Positions 18,935 through 28,460 of a DNA stretch of 64,000 nucleotides are shown in pieces (within the stretch, counting starts at the first letter, position 1; each line of letters starts with the position of its first letter). The translations under genes were made by a program, and so were the position numbers. This DNA comes from Candidatus Latescibacterota bacterium. GTDB lineage: Bacteria; Latescibacterota; UBA2968; UBA8231. The stretch covers positions 477-64,476 of the forward strand of contig CBDBIJ010000017.1 in NCBI GenBank assembly GCA_965205655.1, given 5' to 3'. The notes below the pieces were generated by a model. That model did not search any database. It worked only from the letters and a program-made list of their open reading frames with translations, and was not told the origin of the DNA.

Positions 18935-20325
18935 ACCATCGTTACCTTCTTACGAGAAATCCTGGAAAGAATCTCGTGTGGGTAACAAGAAAGGAGCCTG
19001 CAATGGGCAAGCTATCAGCACGGAAGAAGCGCGTCAAACGCACGGTTGAAATCGGCACCGTGGATCCAGCGGCAGGAGCTGTGGCAGAGGATCTGGATGC
19101 TAGAATCGAGGCGATCCAGCTGCTGGTCCCTCTCGGACTGGAGGCGGTGGCCGAAGAGCTGCAGAGGGCGGTCATGGAATTGGCCGGGCGCCGGTATCAA
19201 CGCAAGGAGTCAGATCAGCCGTACCGTCGCTGGGGCTCTCAGCGGGGATCGGTATATCTGGGTGATCAGAAGGTACCCGTAGAGGTGCCCCGGGTACGCA
19301 ACGTCGACAGCGACACGGAGGTCGCGCTGGACGCCTACCAGGCCCTGCAGACGCCCCGGAAAATGGACGAAGGACTGCTGCAGAAGGTGTTGAAGGGTAT
19401 CGCCACTCGCAACTACGAGGACTGCGCCGAGACCGTACCGGAGACGTTCGGCCTGTCACGCTCGTCGGTCTCCCGTCGCTACGTGAAGGGCACGGCTCGC
19501 AAGGCTGGCCGAATTCCAGGAGCGCTCCCTGGAAGGCTACGACCTGGTGGCGCTGTTTCTCGACGGCAAGAGCTTCGCGGACGAAGAGCTCATCATCGCT
19601 CTGGGCGTCACCCTTGACGGGCACAAGATCCCGCTGGGTTTCGTGGAGGCCGCCACCGAGAACGAGCGCGTCTGTCGCCGCTTCCTGGCCGACTTGGTCG
19701 ACAGGGGCCTGCAATACGAGGCCGGGTTGCTGGTGTTGATCGACGGCGCCAAGGGCCTCTACAAGGCGGTAATGTCGGTGCTGAAGGGCCATGCCTGTGT
19801 GCAGCGCTGCCAGTATCACAAGCGCAAGAACGTCGTGTCGTACCTGCCGAAAAGTGAACAGGCCCGAGTCCGTCGCAAGATTGAGGCGGCCTACAATAAG
19901 CCCACCTACGAAGAGGCGAAGGCGACCCTGAAAGCGCTCAAGCCCGGTCTGAAACTGATGAACCAATCTGCTCTGAAGAGCCTCGAGGAAGGCCTGGAAG
20001 AAACCCTGACGCTCCATCGCCTGGGACTGATGCCGATGCTCAAGGATTCCTTCCGCACCACCAACTGCATCGAGAACGTCAACAGCCTCCTGGGCCAGCT
20101 CACGCGCAACGTGCGGCACTGGACGAACTCCTCGCAGCGTCACCGCCGGGCAGCCACGGCGCTGCTCGACATCGAGGACCGACTGCGCAGAGTCAAGGGC
20201 TACCACCACCTGTCAACGCTCCGTCAAGCTCTTCAAACCGAGCTCGGCATCAAACAGCTCGCGATGACGGGCTGAGAACATCACCCGAGCCTGTGCTCTG
20301 TTTCAACTGAAAATGGGACTTGACC
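18928..20325 (+). mobile_element. IS256-family copy C (left IR missing, right IR present)
   Basis: Homology to copy D starts at CAGGCTC (18928), about 30 nt inside the left terminus seen in D. The right end ...GGGACTTGACC is at 20325. No matching target duplication is present. Confidence 0.8.
19003..20275 (+). pseudogene. IS256-family transposase, frameshifted
   Basis: An extra G at 19503/19504 (CGCAAGGCTGGCC versus CGCAAGCTGGCC in copy D) splits the gene into ORFs 18907..19617 and 19547..20275. Confidence 0.85.
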
Positions 20326-20373
20326 CTGGCATGTTGTCCTCCGGATTGGCAATGGAAATCACCCGCTTTTCAT

Positions 20374-20382
20374 TGGTATAAT
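20374..20382 (+). promoter_or_regulatory. Extended -10 promoter element (TGGTATAAT)
   Basis: TGnTATAAT consensus lies 47 nt upstream of the ATG at 20429, directly after the IS256 copy C terminus. No good -35 box was seen. Confidence 0.3.
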
Positions 20383-20428
20383 AAACTACATAAACTATGA
20401 CGAACCGGTGACCCTAAAGGAGGTCGAC

Positions 20429-22021
20429 ATGGCAGGCGAACGGCAGGAGATTCTGGAGCGTGGCAGTTACTTTCCCGGTGACTGGGTGCGCCCGCGGTTC
20501 AATCCCGGCACCTGGATGGCGATGGTGGACGTGACGGAGATCTTCACGGGCCACCGCAGCACGACCAGGACGGGCAGCTACGAGCTATTCGAGGGTCCGA
20601 TCGGGGTCCAGCTGCGAGTAGAGGAGGCTGAGAAATCCAAGCCGTTCCTGATTGCCGAGAAAGAGTGGGAGTTGGACGTCTACTTCTGCCCTTCTCATGT
20701 CTGGCGCGAGGACGGAAGGCTCCACATGCTCTATGAGGCGGGCGAATACACCTGCTACGCCGTCAGCGATGACGGCTACAATTGGGAGCGGCCGGTACTG
20801 GGCCAAATGGAGTTCAACGGCTCGACCGACAATAACATTCTCAAGACATCGCCGGGGGGTACCGTCTTCGAAGATCCCTCAGCGCCGCCCGCCGAACGCT
20901 ACAAGGCGGTGGGCGCTGAGATGTTCTGGCTCGACCGGGAGTCCGGTGAGCGTGTGGAGGAAGCTGAGGCGGACAAATGCTGGCGCGCCGAGCATTACGA
21001 GAATGAAGCGTATACCGGACGCAAGGTGGTTCTGAAGGGGGCGCTCGTCGGGTCCACTTCTCCGGACCGCTTCGAGTGGACGAGGGTCGCTGAACCTCTC
21101 GCCAACTACTCGGTGAACGGCGGCATCTGCCCTGGCTACGACGAACACAACAAGACCTACTTCGCCTTCATTCAGCCGCAGGGCGCCGCCCCCGTAGAGC
21201 CCCAAAGCCTGGGACCCAGCATCCCCGAAACCGAGGTGGTGCGTCGAGCCGTCGGTCTGACGCGGACGAAGGACTTCCGCCACTGGCCCGCTGCCAAGCT
21301 CTTGCTCCATCCAGATGCACAGGACTCGCTGGACACATCGTTCTACGGGGCCTGCTACTTCGCCTACCCGGGCCGGCCGGAGCTCCACGCCATGATCCTT
21401 CCCGTATTCCACCAGGTAACCGACCACATGGACTTGCAGATCGCATTCAGTCGCGACGGCCTGGTGTGGACGCGTCCGGAACGGCGCCCGGTACTCGGCG
21501 TCGGTCGAAGGGGAAGCGGAGCGGAGGGTGGGCTCCACCCGTGGCGCAACGGTCTGGTGGAGCTGCCCGATGACTACTGGGCGGTGCCCTACCAGTCGAC
21601 CTCGGCGCTGCACACGGTGCTGGGAGAGCACGAACCAGTTTTTTTCCCGGAGCTCCAGCCGAACCAGAACCGCTGGGCGCGCTGGCGTCCTCACCGCCTG
21701 TGCGGTGCAGAGGCGGAAAACGAAGGACGCTTCACGATTCCGACAGTGTTTCGCCGCGAAAACGAATTGCGCCTGAACTACCGCTGCGCTCCCGGGGGCT
21801 GGATCAAAGTCGAGTTGCTGCGGTACATCCCTACGCAGCTGTGCGTGGATGCGTCGAACCCCGTCAATGGCTACTCCTTCGCGGAGTGCGACCTGCTCGT
21901 GGGTGATGAGGAGGACCAGATCGTCACCTGGCAGGGAAACACCGATATCTCCAAGGTGGGAGAGATGGCGGCCATTCGGGTGAAGATGTTTCAGGCGAAA
22001 CTGTTTGCCTACCGGCTGTAG
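20429..22021 (+). CDS. Asp-box (BNR-like) beta-propeller protein, glycoside-hydrolase-like, paralog 1
   Basis: AAAGGAGG lies 7 nt upstream of ATG 20429. SxDGxxW motifs are present (SDDGYNWERP, SRDGLVWTRP), and the C-terminal region resembles a beta-sandwich. It is paralogous to the next gene. The function is inferred only from fold-type motifs. Confidence 0.65.
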   Translation: MAGERQEILERGSYFPGDWVRPRFNPGTWMAMVDVTEIFTGHRSTTRTGSYELFEGPIGVQLRVEEAEKSKPFLIAEKEWELDVYFCPSHVWREDGRLHMLYEAGEYTCYAVSDDGYNWERPVLGQMEFNGSTDNNILKTSPGGTVFEDPSAPPAERYKAVGAEMFWLDRESGERVEEAEADKCWRAEHYENEAYTGRKVVLKGALVGSTSPDRFEWTRVAEPLANYSVNGGICPGYDEHNKTYFAFIQPQGAAPVEPQSLGPSIPETEVVRRAVGLTRTKDFRHWPAAKLLLHPDAQDSLDTSFYGACYFAYPGRPELHAMILPVFHQVTDHMDLQIAFSRDGLVWTRPERRPVLGVGRRGSGAEGGLHPWRNGLVELPDDYWAVPYQSTSALHTVLGEHEPVFFPELQPNQNRWARWRPHRLCGAEAENEGRFTIPTVFRRENELRLNYRCAPGGWIKVELLRYIPTQLCVDASNPVNGYSFAECDLLVGDEEDQIVTWQGNTDISKVGEMAAIRVKMFQAKLFAYRL

Positions 22022-22067
22022 CTAGCCCGCAGCGCTGATGACCGGCATCCCCGCGATGGAGGCCAGA

Positions 22068-23648
22068 ATGAGCGAAAAACCGTTTCAGGTTCCTGTCCGT
22101 CAACGCCAGCTTTTCCTGGACGATCACGGAATCGCCGAGATTCAAAACCTCCAGCGAATCATGCATCCCCCGGAAAAAAGGGGCGCGGTGATCGAACCGC
22201 GAGACGGAGAGGTCAGCATTCAGATCCGCTGCGCGCCGGCCTGGGATGCGTCGTCCCGCCGTTACAAGCTCTGGATTATGTGCCAGGGGGGTATGGGACT
22301 GGCAGAGAGTTCGGACGGACTCCATTGGGAACGCCCGGTGCTGCGGGTGCGCGAACACAAGGGTTCCCTGGAGAACTGCCTGGTGTCAGGCGCGTGCGGC
22401 GAGCAAGTGGTTTTCGATCCGAGTGAACCGGATCCGTCGAAGCGCTACAAGGGACTCCGGTTGCGGGGAGCGTCGGAACGGGTGCTAAGCCCCATCGCTG
22501 ACCATTGGAAGCTCGGCCACAACCCATGGCGCCTGGCCTATCCCCGGGGCCACGTGCTGAACAATCCGCGCCAGTACCAGCTCAGCTGGGTCATCCAGGT
22601 CAGCGAGCGCCCGGACGCCCCTGCCGAGGAGCGCTTCGAAGGCATGGGTCGTTTCCAGACGCAAGACCTGGTGGTCAGCGCCGATGGTATTCACTGGCGC
22701 AAGCTGGACAGCCCCGGACTTCCTACGGGGGACGAGGCCAACTTCAGTATCGATGAAGAGACGGGGATCTATATCGCCACGCTCAAAGAAGGGGAGATGG
22801 GTCCGTACGGACGTTCGATTTCTCTGGCGACGAGCAGGGACTTCGAGCAGTGGAGCGATCCGGAGCTCGTGTTCCACGCCGATGAAAAGGACCAGGAGTT
22901 GAATCGCGAGGTGATCGCCGCCCGGTTGCAGAATCCGTCCCTTGCCAAAACCCGGTACAACGTCCCGGAGGAGTATTTCGTCGACGTCTACAACATGGGG
23001 GTCTTTCGGTATGAGGGCCTGTACATCGGCCTTCCCACTTTCTTCCACCACACTGGAGATCGGAACGAAAACTCAGACGGTTTCAACCGGGTGCAGCTGA
23101 CCTCGAGCCGCGACCTGCGCACCTGGACCCGGCTGGGCGAGCGGGAGCCGTTCATCGGACCATCGACGATCGAATCGGGGGCCTATGATCTGAACGGGAT
23201 CATGCCGCCTTCGAAAGCGATTCACAAAGGTGACGAGCTGTGGTTCTATTACAGCGGCTCACGACACCGCGAGAAGCCTCCGGATGCAGACCCCAGGCAC
23301 AGCGCCGCTTGCCTGGCGGTGTTGCGCCGCGACGGTTTCATCTCTGTGGATGCCGTCGCTGCCGGGGGTTCGGCGTTAACCGAGTCGTTTCTATTGCCGA
23401 CTCCGTGGTTGTTCGTCAATGTAAATGCGGCGGGCGGATCAGTTGAGTTGGAGATGCTGGATGAATCCGGAGACGTCGCCGCCGAATCGGAGCCGATCAA
23501 AGCGGATCGCCCACGTTACCCGGTGCAATGGAAGCGCGGTGACCTGGCCGCATCGGTCAATCGCCCGGTGCAACTGCGCTTCAAGGCGAGCGACTCTTCG
23601 ATCTATTCCTACTGGTTCGACGAGGTAGCAGAGCCGGCGCCCCATTGA
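22068..23648 (+). CDS. Asp-box (BNR-like) beta-propeller protein, glycoside-hydrolase-like, paralog 2
   Basis: Motifs present are SSDGLHWERP, SADGIHWRKL, SRDFEQWSDP and SRDLRTWTRLG. The start was chosen at ATG 22068, 5 nt after GGAGG; ATGs at 22038 and 22056 are also possible. Confidence 0.65.
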   Translation: MSEKPFQVPVRQRQLFLDDHGIAEIQNLQRIMHPPEKRGAVIEPRDGEVSIQIRCAPAWDASSRRYKLWIMCQGGMGLAESSDGLHWERPVLRVREHKGSLENCLVSGACGEQVVFDPSEPDPSKRYKGLRLRGASERVLSPIADHWKLGHNPWRLAYPRGHVLNNPRQYQLSWVIQVSERPDAPAEERFEGMGRFQTQDLVVSADGIHWRKLDSPGLPTGDEANFSIDEETGIYIATLKEGEMGPYGRSISLATSRDFEQWSDPELVFHADEKDQELNREVIAARLQNPSLAKTRYNVPEEYFVDVYNMGVFRYEGLYIGLPTFFHHTGDRNENSDGFNRVQLTSSRDLRTWTRLGEREPFIGPSTIESGAYDLNGIMPPSKAIHKGDELWFYYSGSRHREKPPDADPRHSAACLAVLRRDGFISVDAVAAGGSALTESFLLPTPWLFVNVNAAGGSVELEMLDESGDVAAESEPIKADRPRYPVQWKRGDLAASVNRPVQLRFKASDSSIYSYWFDEVAEPAPH

Positions 23649-23679
23649 AGCGGTGGCTACCGGCCACGGGCCTCGAAAC

Positions 23680-23940
23680 TCAGATTTTCTGATACGCAAC
23701 GAAAACACCGGCCGTAGCCACCAAAACGCCGGCAACGGCAACCATCGTTGTTGTCAGCTGACGGAAACGAGCATCCATTTTCTCCGCAAGGGCGTCGAAT
23801 CGAGAGTCCATCTTGGAATCCAGGGCCGCGATCTTTGAATCCAGCTTTCGGAGGTCGGTTTCAACGAGGTCGATACGGCGATCCACCTGCGAGAGCACCT
23901 CGCGTGTAGTCAGGTCAGTGGAAGTCTGGTCAGCTGACAT
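23680..23940 (-). CDS. Small coiled-coil protein with C-terminal membrane anchor
   Basis: The 86-aa ORF has a repeated D..LRKLDSKIAALDSKMDSRFDALAEKMDARF pattern, then a hydrophobic tail (TTTMVAVAGVLVATAGVFVAY). The start is ATG 23938-23940. Confidence 0.5.
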   Translation of the reverse strand: MSADQTSTDLTTREVLSQVDRRIDLVETDLRKLDSKIAALDSKMDSRFDALAEKMDARFRQLTTTMVAVAGVLVATAGVFVAYQKI

Positions 23941-24318
23941 TGGAAACAAATCTCCGTAAGACGAGTAAAGTTAATTCACGCAGATTCGCATGCAATTTCG
24001 AGACCGGCCGCCACTCGAGGAGAGATACAGGATGTGCTCGAGAGTGTAACTCTGTGGTGACACTTGCGCGCGGAGCTAGCCCCAGACGCAGGACCGCCTG
24101 AAAGCACCGATTTGCCAATTAGGGTGACCCGGCGTGTCTCGGAAACGATTGAGAGCTCGCAGTCTGGCCGTCAGGATGACGGCCTGCGAGCGAAAACCTC
24201 GAAGCGGCGCCTGGATGGCGTCGCGAGCACAGGGATGTGGACGAATCGCGCGAGGCGATTCGGATTATGAGTGGAGATGACGCGCCGGGCCACCCGCTCA
24301 AGCGGACGGCAGCCCCGG

Positions 24319-25449
24319 CTACCTGTCGGCTACCGCCCTAAACTCCCGCCACTCCGGACCCGTATAGATATGCCCCGGCCGGATCAACCGGTTCCCGTCA
24401 TGCTGCTCGATCACATGAGCCGCCCACCCCGCCACACGACTCGCCACAAAAATCGGCGTGTAAATGGGAATCGGAATGCCCATCATGTAATAGGTATAGC
24501 CACAGGGATAGTCGACATTCGGGAAAATCCCCTTCTCTTCCATCATCGTGTTTTCCGCGATGTCGCCGACCTCGATCCAGTGGCGATCGCCCGTGGCCGC
24601 GGCGATCTTCTCCGCCACCAGCTTCATCGACGGCACCCGCGAATCGCCCGTCGTGTACTCGCGGTGGCCGAACCCCATGATCTTCTGTTTCTGCGCCAGG
24701 GCGTCCAGCACCCACTGCTTCGTTTTTTTCGCATCGCCGATTTCCAGCAGCATCTCCATCGCCTTTTCGTTCGCCCCACCGTGGAGCGGACCCGCGAGAG
24801 CGCCGATGGCACCGGTGATAGCGGCGTGCAGATCGCTCGTAGTCGAAGCGATGACGCGCGCCGCGAACGTCGAGGCGTTGTAGCCGTGCTCCGCGTAAAG
24901 GATGAGGGAGACATTGATCGCCTCGGCCTCGTACTCAGCCGGCTCCGAGCCCCGCAGCATGTAGAGCAGATTCGCCGCCTGACTCAGATCCGCCCTGGGC
25001 GCAACCGGTTCCTCGCCCGTCGCCAGCCGCTGTCCCGCCGTCAGTATCGTCGGGATCTTGGCGATCAGTCTCGTCGCCTTGCGGACGTTCGCATCGCGGG
25101 AGTTATCCATCGCCTCCGGATCGTCGAAGGCGAGAGCCGAGACCCCGGAACGCAGCAGCGCCATCGGATGAACGGAAGGCGGCGCTTTCGCAAGCATGTC
25201 CATGGCGTTCCCCGAGATGGCCCGCTCCGCGCGCAACTCCCCTTCGAACTGCTCGAGCTGCGATGCTGCAGGCAGCTCTCCGTACAGCAGCAGAAACGCC
25301 ACCTCTTCGTAGGACGCGCCCTCGGTCAAATCGACGAGGTCGTAGCCGCGAATGATGAGCCGGTTGCGCTCGATGTCGATCCGCGAGATGGTGGACTCGC
25401 CGGCGATCACGCCTTCCAATCCCGGGCTGTATTCCTGTTTCTGGCTCAT
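24319..25449 (-). CDS. prpC: 2-methylcitrate synthase / citrate synthase family
   Basis: Citrate-synthase signatures are present (GLEGVIAGES.IS, GPLHGGANE, MGFGHREY). Adjacency to a methylisocitrate-lyase gene favours prpC. Confidence 0.85.
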   Translation of the reverse strand: MSQKQEYSPGLEGVIAGESTISRIDIERNRLIIRGYDLVDLTEGASYEEVAFLLLYGELPAASQLEQFEGELRAERAISGNAMDMLAKAPPSVHPMALLRSGVSALAFDDPEAMDNSRDANVRKATRLIAKIPTILTAGQRLATGEEPVAPRADLSQAANLLYMLRGSEPAEYEAEAINVSLILYAEHGYNASTFAARVIASTTSDLHAAITGAIGALAGPLHGGANEKAMEMLLEIGDAKKTKQWVLDALAQKQKIMGFGHREYTTGDSRVPSMKLVAEKIAAATGDRHWIEVGDIAENTMMEEKGIFPNVDYPCGYTYYMMGIPIPIYTPIFVASRVAGWAAHVIEQHDGNRLIRPGHIYTGPEWREFRAVADR

Positions 25450-25471
25450 GGATGTCGGCCTCTCCTCGTGG

Positions 25472-26371
25472 TCACTCCCGATACCTGGCGGCCACCGCGG
25501 CGTCCGCTTTCGCGTACTCGTCGTAGCGCAGCAACTCGTACAGCTCCTGCCTCGTCTGCATTCTGTCGAGGAACGCTGCAGGCGAGCCCGTTTCGGCGAT
25601 CTCGCGCAGCACTTGCTCTGCCGCCTTCATCATGACGCGGAAGGCCGTCATCGGGAAAATCACCATTCTGTACCCGAGACTGGCGAACTGTTCGACGGAG
25701 AGATGGGGGGTCTTGCCGAACTCGGTCATGTTGGCCAGCAGCGGTGCCTCCACCTGTTCGGCGAAACGGCCGAACTCCTCTTCAGACTCCAGAGCTTCTG
25801 GAAAGAGAGCGTCGGCTCCGGCGTCGAGGTATCTGCGGCCGCGCTCCAGGGCACCGTCAAATCCCTCGACGCTCCTCGCGTCGATCCGCGCAATAATAGT
25901 GAAATCCGGATTCCGCCGCCCCTCCACCGCCGCGGCGATCTTGCGTTCCATTTCCGCTGCGGGAACGAGCATCTTCCCCTCGAGATGCCCGCATCGTTTC
26001 GGCATCTGTTGATCCTCGAGGTGGATCCCGGCCACGCCGACCTCCTCAAAGGCCTGAACGGTTCGCATGACCTGAAGGGCATCTCCGAATCCCGTATCGG
26101 CGTCGCACACCGCCGGAACGTCCACGGCGCGGGCGATGTAGCCGGCCTGGCGAACCACTTCCTCCATACCGAGCAGCCCGATGTCGGGATAGCCGGTGGT
26201 GCCGTTGATGAGTCCCGCCCCGGAAATGTAGATCGCCTCGAAGCCAATGCGCTCGGCCAGCATAGCCACAGGCGCATTGAAGCTACCGGGCATGGCAACC
26301 GTCTTTTCGGATATCAGCTGCCGCAGTCGCCGCGCCTTGTCAGCCGCAGAGTTTTTGGGTGAAAGCCCCAT
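25472..26371 (-). CDS. prpB: Methylisocitrate lyase (isocitrate lyase/PEP mutase family)
   Basis: Motifs present are ...AIYISGAG...GYPDIG..., DADTGFG and GIHLEDQ..PKRCGHL.GK. The start abuts the purA stop with no spacer. Confidence 0.85.
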   Translation of the reverse strand: MGLSPKNSAADKARRLRQLISEKTVAMPGSFNAPVAMLAERIGFEAIYISGAGLINGTTGYPDIGLLGMEEVVRQAGYIARAVDVPAVCDADTGFGDALQVMRTVQAFEEVGVAGIHLEDQQMPKRCGHLEGKMLVPAAEMERKIAAAVEGRRNPDFTIIARIDARSVEGFDGALERGRRYLDAGADALFPEALESEEEFGRFAEQVEAPLLANMTEFGKTPHLSVEQFASLGYRMVIFPMTAFRVMMKAAEQVLREIAETGSPAAFLDRMQTRQELYELLRYDEYAKADAAVAARYRE

Positions 26372-26819
26372 CTAGCAGACGATCGTTGAGCCCCGCTGTG
26401 GTCCGACGGAGATGAGGGAGACAGGGGCCCCGCACAAGTCGGCGATGTGATGCACGTAGTCCCGAGCCCGCGCGGGCAGGTCCTCCGTCCGGCGCGCCCC
26501 GGTAGTGGGGGCACACCAGCCGTCCACTTCCTCGTAGATCGGCTTGCACTCGGGCAACACCCGGGGATCGAGGGGAAACTCCTCGAGGACATCCTCCCCG
26601 CATCTGTAGCCAGTGCACACCTTAAGGCTCTCGAGTGAATCGAGCACGTCGAGGCGAGTCAGCGCCAGACTGGTAAAACCGTTCACCCGCGTCGCCATTC
26701 CCACGACACTGGCGTCGAACCAGCCGCAACGCCTCGGCCTCCCCGTTGTCGCTCCGTACTCGTGGCCGAGCTCGCGAATCCTGTCCCCTTCGTCGCCCAG
26801 CAGCTCGGTTGGAAACGGT

Positions 26820-28460
26820 GTAACCGTTCACGTCCCTGCGTGACGGGTGTGTTGTGGCGGGATCTGGTGGTGTTGTGGATCTATGCGCGCGTGGACGCGG
26901 ACTGCGGCAAGAGCGAAGGAGCGTGCCGGTGGTGCAGAGTAGCCTGACAGGCCTCCGTGAGGTAGTCGAGTACGTTGCGTTGCTGTTGGCGCAGCGTGTC
27001 GCGCACGGTAAGTATGCGCTCGACGAAGCGGCTGCCCGCAGGACTGTGGGTGCCGAAGCTGCCCTTGCGCCACAACACCCCGTGGCGCAGCGCTCGCTCG
27101 GCGGCGTTGTTCGTGGGCTCAACACCTTCCTTACGGACGAAGGTCCACAAGGCCGGTTCGATGGCGGCCAGGTTGGCGCAGGTCCTGGCGGTCTTCTCGT
27201 CGGCCAACAGCTCGCCTTGCCACAGCCTAAGACGGAACCGCAGTCGCAGGTCGCTGATGTAGGTCTGCAAGCTGGATCGCTCCAGCGTGCCGTCGCGAAC
27301 GCGATGCCACCAGGAGAACATCTGGTGCGTGAACTCCAGCAGCTGCTGGCCGACCCAGGCCGCGTCGCCCCCTCGGTCGACGAACTTCTCGAAAGTGCGC
27401 TCCAGGTGCGACCAGCAGGCCTGGCGCTGCAACACGGGCAAGTAGCCGTAGGCCTTGTGGCGATCGGAGCCCACGATGGCGGTGGTGTCGTCTCCCAAGA
27501 GCTCACGGGCCACCTCGCTGTCGCGGCGCGAACGGATGGCAAATACGGTGACCAGATCGGTGGCCACGGTCCACAGCCAGGCGTTTTCGCGCGCTTCGCG
27601 CCAGCCGGTCTCATCGATATGCACCGCCGCTTGTTGCCGCACGTAGTCGCGTGCGTCTTCGACCGGAGCCGCCAGCGCCTCGGACACATGCTGTTCCAAC
27701 TGGCTGACCGAGCCGACGGCCAGATCGAGGCTGAACGCGTCGGCGAGCAGGGCGACGATGTTGCGCTTGCTCATCCGGTAGGCGCCCGACAACAGACCGA
27801 TCCAGGCCTGCACACTCGGACCAAAGCGGCTGCGTGGCACCGACTCGGGCCAGTCGGCTTCGGTGAGCACGTCGCAGCCCGGACAGCGCAGGGTGTGCAC
27901 CTGGTACTCGGTGACCTGAGGTCGTACCGGCGGGATCTCGAACACCTGGCGGCGCTGCGGATGGGGATCGTCGCCGCTCAAGGCGTGGCCGCACTGTCGG
28001 CACGCGGTGGGCTTGACCGGCACCAACGTGTCCACCTGCTCCACCGACAGCAGCGTTCGCCCATGCCCTTGGTGCCCGGGTTGTGCCCCTGGCGAGCGGC
28101 CCGACGGGCGCTTGCGGCGACTCGACGTCGAGGCGCCCGCCTCTTCGCTCTGGCCGGATGGCGGCGGCTTGTCGGACGGCGGCGATCCATGACGACGGCG
28201 CCCGCCGCGCTGCAGCTCGGCCACCTGGCGTTCCAGCTGCTTCACTCGCTGCTGAACCTCCAACAGCGACATGACGAGGAGCTGCACCGCCTTCGGCGTC
28301 TGCTGCCAATCGGCGTCGGAAACCGGAATGCCAGGAAGTTCCTCCACTGGGCTCCTCGGGTAGGTCAGCGTACAACCACTGTCCGAAGATACCAGCAATC
28401 GCTGAATGAGAACAGCTTTTTCTCACGTTACGGAGCACTCCTACGGGACTGAACGGTTAC
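26820..28460 (-). mobile_element. IS66-family insertion sequence (1641 bp) with 8-bp target-site duplication
   Basis: The termini are GTAACCGTTCACGTCCC (26820-26836) and GGGACTGAACGGTTAC (28445-28460), which are imperfect IRs starting GTAA as in IS66. They are flanked by identical GAAACGGT at 26812-26819 and 28461-28468. Confidence 0.9.
26881..28398 (-). CDS. IS66-family transposase (single-ORF type), 505 aa
   Basis: It has an N-terminal coiled-coil, a Cys-pair zinc motif (CRQCGH...CPGCD), then DETGW..., ...CWSHLER... and EPTNNAAERALR, all typical of IS66 TnpC. Confidence 0.9.
   Translation of the reverse strand: MLVSSDSGCTLTYPRSPVEELPGIPVSDADWQQTPKAVQLLVMSLLEVQQRVKQLERQVAELQRGGRRRHGSPPSDKPPPSGQSEEAGASTSSRRKRPSGRSPGAQPGHQGHGRTLLSVEQVDTLVPVKPTACRQCGHALSGDDPHPQRRQVFEIPPVRPQVTEYQVHTLRCPGCDVLTEADWPESVPRSRFGPSVQAWIGLLSGAYRMSKRNIVALLADAFSLDLAVGSVSQLEQHVSEALAAPVEDARDYVRQQAAVHIDETGWREARENAWLWTVATDLVTVFAIRSRRDSEVARELLGDDTTAIVGSDRHKAYGYLPVLQRQACWSHLERTFEKFVDRGGDAAWVGQQLLEFTHQMFSWWHRVRDGTLERSSLQTYISDLRLRFRLRLWQGELLADEKTARTCANLAAIEPALWTFVRKEGVEPTNNAAERALRHGVLWRKGSFGTHSPAGSRFVERILTVRDTLRQQQRNVLDYLTEACQATLHHRHAPSLLPQSASTRA

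Noticed and set aside
24271-25635. Long antisense ORFs. This 454-aa one lies opposite prpC. Others are 26854..28452 opposite the IS66 transposase, 13185..14495 and 19172..20209 opposite the IS256 transposases, 33592..34881 opposite tig, and 26622..27689.
   Set aside because: Their translations are Arg/Pro/Gly-rich and low-complexity, with no motifs. Each lies exactly opposite a gene with strong family signatures. Stop-poor antisense frames are expected at this G+C.
26372-26704. Separate small purA-like gene (110 aa), plus a 285-aa purA-like gene at 28441..29298.
   Set aside because: They are the two halves of one gene. Homologous coding sequence continues upstream of the listed Met to 26819, and the halves join seamlessly once the IS66 element and one target-repeat copy are removed.
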